From the NCBI RefSeq assembly GCF_001457595.1, contig NZ_LN831039.1:2340001-2372000 (forward strand): a stretch of 32,000 nucleotides of DNA, read 5' to 3'. The notes below the pieces were generated by a model. That model was not told the origin of the DNA. It saw only the letters and a program-made list of their open reading frames with translations, and made no database searches. A program made the translations under genes and the position numbers. This document shows positions 25,866 to 32,000 of the stretch, piece by piece. Every line of letters begins with the position of its first letter. The first letter of the stretch is position 1. Source of the stretch: Mycolicibacterium smegmatis. GTDB taxonomy: Bacteria; Actinomycetota; Actinomycetes; Mycobacteriales; Mycobacteriaceae.

Positions 25866-26705
25866 TCAGCGCAGGGCCTGTGCGCCGATGACGGACAGCA
25901 ACTGCAGTTTCTCGCGGCTCTCGCTACCCGGGACGGCGGTGTACACGAGCAGGAGGTGGGACTGCTCGGGATCGAGCAGGGTCTGGCAGTGCAATTCCAG
26001 CGTGCCCAGCTCGGGATGGACGAAATGCTTCACCTCGCGGGGACGCAGGCCGATCTCGTGGTCGTCCCAGACCCGCCGGAATTCGTCGCTCTCGGACAGC
26101 AGCAGATCTGCGTAGTGCGCGGCGCGGGACCCGGCACCACGCAACGCCACCAGGGCACGCAGGTTCGACACGAACATCCGTGTCAGGAAGTCGTGCTCTT
26201 CGGGGGCATAGAGACGGCGCGTGGCCTCGTCGGTGAACCACCGGTAGCCGATGCTGCGAGCCGGACCCGTGTGAACGGTCAGGTCACCGGTCAGTGCCAC
26301 CGACAGGGGCGTCTGCCGCAGAGTCTCGCCGAGTTCGGTGACGATCTCCGCGGGCGTGTCGTCGAGACGGTCGAAGATCCGTAACATCCCGGGGCTGATG
26401 TGTTCGCTGTCGGTGCCACGGGCGGGTGGTGAGCATCCGGCCAGCCGGAACAGATGATCGCGCTCGTCGAGGGAAAGATGCAGTCCCTGCGCCATGGACG
26501 CGATCATCTGCTCCGACGGCTTGGGGCCGTGCCCGCGCTCCAGGCGTGAGTAGTAGTCGGTCGACATGTGGCACAGGGCGGCAACTTCTTCGCGACGTAG
26601 GCCGTTGGTCCTGCGACGTCGACCGCGTGGCAGACCGACGTCCTCGGGCTGCAACGACTCTCTGCGGTGCCGGAGGAATTCTGCGAGACCGGTCCGATCT
26701 ATCAC
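25866..26705 (-). CDS. XRE-family HTH regulator with MmyB-like ligand-binding domain
   Basis: RHRRESLQPEDVGLPRGRRRRTNGLRREEVAALCHMSTDYYSRLERGHGPKPSEQMIASMAQGL and a PAS-like MmyB C-terminal domain. Confidence 0.88.
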   Translation of the reverse strand: MIDRTGLAEFLRHRRESLQPEDVGLPRGRRRRTNGLRREEVAALCHMSTDYYSRLERGHGPKPSEQMIASMAQGLHLSLDERDHLFRLAGCSPPARGTDSEHISPGMLRIFDRLDDTPAEIVTELGETLRQTPLSVALTGDLTVHTGPARSIGYRWFTDEATRRLYAPEEHDFLTRMFVSNLRALVALRGAGSRAAHYADLLLSESDEFRRVWDDHEIGLRPREVKHFVHPELGTLELHCQTLLDPEQSHLLLVYTAVPGSESREKLQLLSVIGAQALR

Positions 26706-26760
26706 CGTGTGGACCTCCTTACGAGACCCTTTCTACCGCCCGGGCCCCCGCCTATCCACA

Positions 26761-26812
26761 GACTGCCGATCCACCCTTCGCGAGTTTCCTGTGATCGGCA
26801 GTCAGTGGATCG
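26761..26812. promoter_or_regulatory. Interleaved perfect inverted repeats in a divergent promoter region
   Basis: GACTGCCGATC (26761-26771) / GATCGGCAGTC (26793-26803), plus CGATCCAC (26767-26774) / GTGGATCG (26805-26812). Confidence 0.5.
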
Positions 26813-26878
26813 CCGGGCACTGAATCATTCGCCGGCCATGCACGAGGGTGGAGACAGTGAGACCACCGAGGAGCACAC

Positions 26879-27823
26879 ATGCCACGTAAACCCATCGACG
26901 TCACGCTTCCTGATCTGTCCGGCAGACGCGCCGTGGTCACCGGTGCCAGCGACGGCATCGGACTCGGGATCGCCGCGCGGCTCGCCGCGGCGGGCGCTGA
27001 CGTGATCCTGCCCGTACGCAACGAGACCAAGGGAAAGGCGGCCATCGCGGCTGTCCGTCAGACGAACGCCGCGGCGAAAGTGTCGCTGCGTGAGCTCGAC
27101 CTGTCGTCCCTGGCCTCCGTTGCGGCCCTCGGCAAGAGCCTTCTCGAGGAGGCACAGCCCATCCATCTGCTCATCAACAACGCCGGTGTCATGACGCCGC
27201 CCGAGCGGCGGACGACCACCGACGGGTTCGAGTCGCAGTTCGGCACCAACCACCTCGGCCACTTCGCCCTCGTGGCGCATCTGCTGCCCCTGCTGCGTGC
27301 CGGTGGAGCGCGGGTGACCTCACAGGTCAGCGTCGCGGCGAATCAGCACGCCATCAACTGGGACGATTTGAACTGGGAGCGTTCGTACGACGGCGCAAAG
27401 GCGTACAGCCAGTCGAAGATCGCGTTCGGGCTCTTCGGCCTGGAACTGGACCGGCGCAGTCACGCCCACGGGTGGGGCATCACGAGCAATCTGTCCCATC
27501 CGGGTCTGGCGCCGACCAACCTGCTTGCGGCCCGCCCGGACACCGGACGCGCACAGGACGACTGGAAACTGCGCCTGATCCGTACGCTGTCGTCGCGTGG
27601 CATCCTTTTCGGGACCGTGCACACCGCGCAGCTGCCTGCCCTCTACGCCGCGGCCTCGCCCCATGCGAAGCGCGGTGGGTTCTACGGGCCGCGTGGTCCC
27701 GGACATCTCGGTGGTCCGCCGGGAGAACAGAGGCTCTACTCGCGGCTCCGTAACAACGATGAGGCTCAACGTATCTGGGAGATCTCGGAGAAGTTGACGG
27801 ACATGTCGTTCCCCACGGCATGA
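26879..27823 (+). CDS. Short-chain dehydrogenase/reductase
   Basis: [33 protein letters not shown]...[34 protein letters not shown]...YSQSKIA; SD GAGGAG upstream. Confidence 0.88.
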   Translation: MPRKPIDVTLPDLSGRRAVVTGASDGIGLGIAARLAAAGADVILPVRNETKGKAAIAAVRQTNAAAKVSLRELDLSSLASVAALGKSLLEEAQPIHLLINNAGVMTPPERRTTTDGFESQFGTNHLGHFALVAHLLPLLRAGGARVTSQVSVAANQHAINWDDLNWERSYDGAKAYSQSKIAFGLFGLELDRRSHAHGWGITSNLSHPGLAPTNLLAARPDTGRAQDDWKLRLIRTLSSRGILFGTVHTAQLPALYAAASPHAKRGGFYGPRGPGHLGGPPGEQRLYSRLRNNDEAQRIWEISEKLTDMSFPTA

Positions 27824-27826
27824 ATT

Positions 27827-29329
27827 TCATCGTTCGCCCCTCTCCGCCAGCATGGCGCGAAGACCGTTGTTGTCGACCTTCCCGGTGGCCCCGATCGGCA
27901 CGGCGGCCTCGTCGTCGAGCAGCGCCCACACCGACGGCAACTTGAAGGAGCTCAGGACCTCACGGGCCGCGGCGCACAGGTCCCGCGCCGACATGCCGTC
28001 GGTGACCACGACCGCGCCGACGCGGTTGCGCTGATGGTCCGGCACGTTGACGACGTATGCGGCGCGCACTCCGGCGATACCGCGCAGTGCGCGTTGCACC
28101 TCGCCGGGATAGACGGTCGCGCCGCTGACCTTGAACATGTCGTCGGATCTGCCGTGGTAGAAGAGGAACCCGTCGCTGTCCAAGCGCCCGAGATCGCCGG
28201 TGGGGTAGTACCCGTCACGCGTGAACACCTCTTCGCGACCGCGTCGGCAGATACCGCGCAGGATGTGCGGACCGCGGATCTGGATCTCACCGACCTCGTC
28301 GACCCGAAGCGGTGTCCCGGTGGTGGTGTCGACGATGCGGACGTCCATACCGTCGAACGGCCGGCCGCAACTGCCCCACGCCGAACGCGGCATATCGGCG
28401 TCGGCGGGGTATCCGCAATAAGGCCCGAACGATTCGGTCATCCCGAACAGCGACGCCCGCGCGCCGGGTTGTGCGCGCAACTCGTGTGGCAGCAGCGCCT
28501 CCAGGCTGCCCGGCCGCAGCGCCGACAAATCGGTGCTGCTCGCGTGGCGGGCGAGCGCCTCGGCCTGATCCGGCCAGCCGCGGAACAACGTGACCCGTTC
28601 ACGGTGCAGCAGGTCCAAGGTGGACTGCGGTGACGGTATCGGTTCGGTCACCAATGTCGCGCCCGCCACCAGCGCCGTCACGATACCGGCGCCGAAACCG
28701 CCCACCCAGAAGAACGGCATCGGCAGATAGAGGCGGGTGTCGGCGGTGACACACCGCGCGGCCAGGCCGGAAGCCACGGCGCGCACGGCGTTTCCATGTG
28801 AATGGATAACGCCTTTCGGTGGTCCGCTGCTGCCGGAGGTGAACAGGATGACCATCGGATCACTCGGCCGCACCCTGGCGGCGAGGGCATCGGCCCATGC
28901 GGGCTCACCGGTCATTGTCAACGCCTGCTCTGCGGTCCACACCCGTCTCAGCGCGGGCAGCCGTTCAGGCACCACGGGGTAGCCGCGCCCGCGGAACTCG
29001 TCGACCGTGATCAGGAATTGCACCGAGGCTGTGCGCAGTTGGGCCTCGAGTTCGGTGGGTGTCAGCATGGTGCTCAACGGCACCAGGATGGCGCCGATGC
29101 GTGTCACTGCGAGCGCCGTGAGCACCCAGTCGGTGCCGTTCGGCATGAGCAGTCCCACCCGGGAGCCTTTGCCGACACCCGCGGCGACCAACCCGGACGC
29201 CATCGCACGGGTCTTCTCGTCCAGGTCGCGATAGGCGATCCGTTCCTTCGGATCGACCACCATCGGCTTGTCCGGTGCGTGTGCGGCGTGGTGACGGATG
29301 AGCGCGCCGACCGTGAGATGTTCAGTCAT
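27827..29329 (-). CDS. AMP-dependent acyl-CoA synthetase/ligase
   Basis: FTSGSSGPPKGVIHSHG (A3), FGMTES (A5), YYPTGDLGRLDSDGFLFYHGR (A7/A8), C-terminal GATGK (A10). Start at MTEHLT. Confidence 0.9.
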   Translation of the reverse strand: MTEHLTVGALIRHHAAHAPDKPMVVDPKERIAYRDLDEKTRAMASGLVAAGVGKGSRVGLLMPNGTDWVLTALAVTRIGAILVPLSTMLTPTELEAQLRTASVQFLITVDEFRGRGYPVVPERLPALRRVWTAEQALTMTGEPAWADALAARVRPSDPMVILFTSGSSGPPKGVIHSHGNAVRAVASGLAARCVTADTRLYLPMPFFWVGGFGAGIVTALVAGATLVTEPIPSPQSTLDLLHRERVTLFRGWPDQAEALARHASSTDLSALRPGSLEALLPHELRAQPGARASLFGMTESFGPYCGYPADADMPRSAWGSCGRPFDGMDVRIVDTTTGTPLRVDEVGEIQIRGPHILRGICRRGREEVFTRDGYYPTGDLGRLDSDGFLFYHGRSDDMFKVSGATVYPGEVQRALRGIAGVRAAYVVNVPDHQRNRVGAVVVTDGMSARDLCAAAREVLSSFKLPSVWALLDDEAAVPIGATGKVDNNGLRAMLAERGER

Positions 29330-30380
29330 CGAACAACTCACGCAGGGCGGCGACGTCGATCTTGCCGCTGGATTTCACCGGCAGTTCGTCGGAGTGGATC
29401 ACCGCGAAGCGGCGCGGCACCTTGTACGACGACAGTTGGGCGCGCAACGCAGCGCACACGGCGGCTTCGTCGAACGCCGCGGGATCCGCTGTCGCGACCA
29501 CCGCGGCCACCACCTGTCCGCGCTCTTGATCGGGTAGGCCGACAACCTGAACCGTGACGTCACGCATGTCACGGCCCTCGAGCACATGCTGCAGCGCCTT
29601 CTGCACCTCATCAGGTGTGACGTTGGCGCCCGCGGTCTTGATCATGGCGCCGGCCCGGCCGAGGAAGTAGAAGTATCCGTCGTCGTCGACACGCACCAGA
29701 TCCCCGGTGTGAAACCAGCCGTCGGTGTCGAAGCACTCCTCACGACTGCGCCCGTAGTACCCCTGCATGAGATACGGTCCGCGGATACACAATTCACCGG
29801 AATCCAGGACCTTCGTCTCGAATCCGGGTGCGGGGCGGCCGAATGATCCGCGGCGGTGTTCGGGTTGGTCGGTGTCGTCGGGGTCCAGCAGTACGACGCT
29901 GCCGGACTCGGTCGAACCGAGCATGTTGTGACGCAGATCCGGATCGCCGGCCGCCGGAATCTCGAATACGACGTGCCGCAGACACGGCGCGTCCGCGCGG
30001 ACCCGCGAGATCTGCCCCACGTAGTCGTGACTGCGGAACGACCTCGCCGACAACATGATCGAGACGTCGCTGTCGAGTAACTGGACCCGCAACTCCGCTT
30101 CGGTGAGGAACGTCGAGAACGGCACCACCACTGCGCCGACGCGGGCCACGGCCAACATGGCGACGACGAAATCAGCGCCGTTGGGGTACAGGACCCCGAC
30201 GTGGGTGCCTTTGCCCGCGCCCAGCGCGATCAACGCGTCGGCGAGCCGCGCGGACCGATGTTCGGCGTCTGCGTAGGTGAGTCGCTCGTCGTCGCACACC
30301 AGCAGTGTGTGGTCTCCGCGGTCGCGAAGACCCTCGAGGAGTTCGACCAGGGTCTCAGCCACCGGATTCGAGATGGTCAC
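29322..30380 (-). CDS. Adenylate-forming (acyl-CoA ligase-like) protein with an internal deletion, 352 aa
   Basis: N-terminal ligase region (ERLTYADAEHRSARLADALIALGAGKGTHVGVLYPNGADFVVAMLAVARVGAVVVPFST) and a complete C-terminal half (LGSTESG...FHTGDLVRVDDDGYFYFLGR...SSGKIDVAALREL). No A3 TSGTTGxPKG motif. Confidence 0.8.
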   Translation of the reverse strand: MTISNPVAETLVELLEGLRDRGDHTLLVCDDERLTYADAEHRSARLADALIALGAGKGTHVGVLYPNGADFVVAMLAVARVGAVVVPFSTFLTEAELRVQLLDSDVSIMLSARSFRSHDYVGQISRVRADAPCLRHVVFEIPAAGDPDLRHNMLGSTESGSVVLLDPDDTDQPEHRRGSFGRPAPGFETKVLDSGELCIRGPYLMQGYYGRSREECFDTDGWFHTGDLVRVDDDGYFYFLGRAGAMIKTAGANVTPDEVQKALQHVLEGRDMRDVTVQVVGLPDQERGQVVAAVVATADPAAFDEAAVCAALRAQLSSYKVPRRFAVIHSDELPVKSSGKIDVAALRELFDD

Positions 30381-31806
30381 GGACCGCGCGCAGGTCGGCC
30401 TTGCCGGAGGGGGTGCGGGGGATCGCGTCGACGATCGTGATCCGGGTGGGGATCTCGTAGCGCGCCAGCCGGCCCTGCAGATACCCGGCAAGTTCGTCCG
30501 GGGTGGCCGGTCCGCGCAATTCCACCATGGCCACCGGTGTTTCGCCCAGACGCTCGTCGGCCACGCCGATCACCGACGCGCCGAGGACGGCCGGATGACT
30601 CTCCAGCGCCGCGCGGACGTCGTCCGGCATGACCTTGAACCCGCCACGGATGATCGCCTGATCGGCGCGCCCCAGGACCCAGAGGAACCCGTCGGCATCG
30701 ATCCGCGCGAGGTCGGTGGTGCGCATCCATGGTGATCCCGGACCCATCTGCGCGGGAATCACCTCCAGCAGGCCCGGTTCGTCCGGACCGAGTGGTGCGC
30801 CGTTCTCGTCGACCACCCGCAGTTGCGCACCGGGGTTGGCCCGTCCGACACTGCCGCGCTTGTCCTTCCAGTACTTCCCGTGGTCGGGCAGGGTCCAGCC
30901 GGCGACACCGCCGCCGAATTCGGTGGCCGCATACGACGTCAGCACCGGGATGCCGAACTTCTCGGTGAACGCGTCGGCGTCGTCGGCCGACAACGGCGCG
31001 GTTCCCGAGGTCACGACCCGCACACCGGCGAGATCCTCACGGGTGAGGTCGGAATGCAGCACCGTGCGCAGGGCCGCGGGCACCAGGGACACCGCGCGCG
31101 GTCGGTGCTCGCGCACGGCTGCCGCCCACCGCTGCAGCTCGAACTTGGGCAGCAGGACGAAGGGTCTGGCCTCGGCGATGCACAGCAGCACCCGGAAGAC
31201 CCCGCCCACGTGCACCAGCGGTGAGTTCACGATCGCGACGCCGCGGCGCAACTCGGTTGGTGCGGGGCACTTCTCGGGCTCGCGGCCCATGACGCTGCGG
31301 GCCAGCATGTCGTAGGTGAGGTCGACCCGCTTGGGCGGGCCGGTGGTGCCGCTGGTGAGCATCCACACCGCCACCCCCGGCCCGCCCGCGTCCGTCGCTG
31401 GGGACTCGGCGGCCGTCACCACGGGTTCGGTGTCGAGACCGGCGATGGCGACCCGCGTGGTCCGGGGGCTGTGCGCAGGCATCAGATGGGCGAGGTCCTC
31501 GGCCAAGCCCACCACGACCGGCAACGCCAGCGCCTCGAGGTCGGCGCGGGTCCGGTCGTCCCCGCGTGCGGGGTTGATGACGACGACGGTGCCGCCCGCG
31601 GCCAGCACCCCCAGCAGCGCCGCGACGTGAACCGGGTGGTTGCGCAGCATGATGCCGACTCGCGCCGGTCCGGTGATCTTCTCGATGTGCCCGGCCAGTG
31701 CCGCGATCTGGCCCCAGCACGACCACTGGCCGTCGAACTGGATCGCGCCGGCGTCCGGATCGAGATCGAGCACATCGGCGATGCGCTGTGAAAGCGGGTG
31801 GGCCAT
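30355..31806 (-). CDS. AMP-dependent acyl-CoA synthetase/ligase
   Basis: WMLTSGTTGPPKRVDLTYDM (A3), YAATEFGGG (A5), RTTDLARIDADGFLWVLGRADQAIIRGGFKV, RTPSGKADLR. Confidence 0.88.
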   Translation of the reverse strand: MAHPLSQRIADVLDLDPDAGAIQFDGQWSCWGQIAALAGHIEKITGPARVGIMLRNHPVHVAALLGVLAAGGTVVVINPARGDDRTRADLEALALPVVVGLAEDLAHLMPAHSPRTTRVAIAGLDTEPVVTAAESPATDAGGPGVAVWMLTSGTTGPPKRVDLTYDMLARSVMGREPEKCPAPTELRRGVAIVNSPLVHVGGVFRVLLCIAEARPFVLLPKFELQRWAAAVREHRPRAVSLVPAALRTVLHSDLTREDLAGVRVVTSGTAPLSADDADAFTEKFGIPVLTSYAATEFGGGVAGWTLPDHGKYWKDKRGSVGRANPGAQLRVVDENGAPLGPDEPGLLEVIPAQMGPGSPWMRTTDLARIDADGFLWVLGRADQAIIRGGFKVMPDDVRAALESHPAVLGASVIGVADERLGETPVAMVELRGPATPDELAGYLQGRLARYEIPTRITIVDAIPRTPSGKADLRAVRDHLESGG

Positions 31807-32000
31807 CACCTGATCCGCGGAGGTGTCTTGGGGACGGGACGGTCGGCCAGTTCGGCCTTCGCGATCGGGTTGCCCAGGCGCGTGTAGATCAGGCCCTGGT
31901 CCATCGCGGCCCGGTAGGGCCGGTCCAGCGATTCCCAGATCGCCCTCACCGTGCCCTGTGTGGCGGTCGGGGGTTTGGTCGCGATGGTCGACGCGATCTG
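31806..32000 (-). CDS. Enoyl-CoA hydratase/isomerase-family protein, C-terminal fragment (gene continues beyond the window)
   Basis: Translated end reads ...GTVRAIWESLDRPYRAAMDQGLIYTRLGNPIAKAELADRPVPKTPPRIR*. Stop overlaps the next ATG. Confidence 0.6.
   Translation of the reverse strand, partial: QIASTIATKPPTATQGTVRAIWESLDRPYRAAMDQGLIYTRLGNPIAKAELADRPVPKTPPRIR

Noticed and set aside
1-32000. tRNA, rRNA, CRISPR array, phage or toxin-antitoxin locus
   Set aside because: None recognised on either strand by eye. A scan with tRNAscan-SE, Infernal/Rfam and CRISPR detection would be needed to exclude small RNAs formally.

Overview
High-GC actinobacterial chromosome segment. Gene content and order look like fast-growing Mycobacterium/Mycolicibacterium: a GAF-GGDEF-EAL protein beside an E1/ThiF-nitroreductase fusion, as at M. 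smegmatis dcpA and M. tuberculosis Rv1354c-Rv1355c. The window holds: (i) the end of a urea carboxylase gene plus allophanate hydrolase; (ii) a DMT-family transporter; (iii) a pair of acyl-CoA dehydrogenases; (iv) a PAS protein, a TipA-like MerR regulator and two TetR regulators; (v) a short FAD-type protein; (vi) a minus-strand operon encoding a GNAT-like protein, an E1/ThiF-nitroreductase fusion and a c-di-GMP enzyme; (vii) purU, a MaoC hydratase, and an FMO plus alpha/beta hydrolase; (viii) a mycofactocin-type SDR and a GntR-associated beta-oxidation cluster; (ix) a CaiB-type CoA transferase, an XRE-family regulator and an SDR; (x) a cluster of three adenylate-forming enzymes plus the end of an enoyl-CoA hydratase. 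No rRNA, tRNA, IS element, phage or CRISPR array was recognised. The best candidate for an undescribed system is the three-gene operon at 9483-14313, with the roughly 49% GC divergent region upstream of it. Other notable items are an adenylate-forming enzyme missing about 150 residues including its P-loop motif, a TipA-like operator in an apparently leaderless promoter, and several precise inverted repeats. All calls come from reading the sequence; no database search was run.
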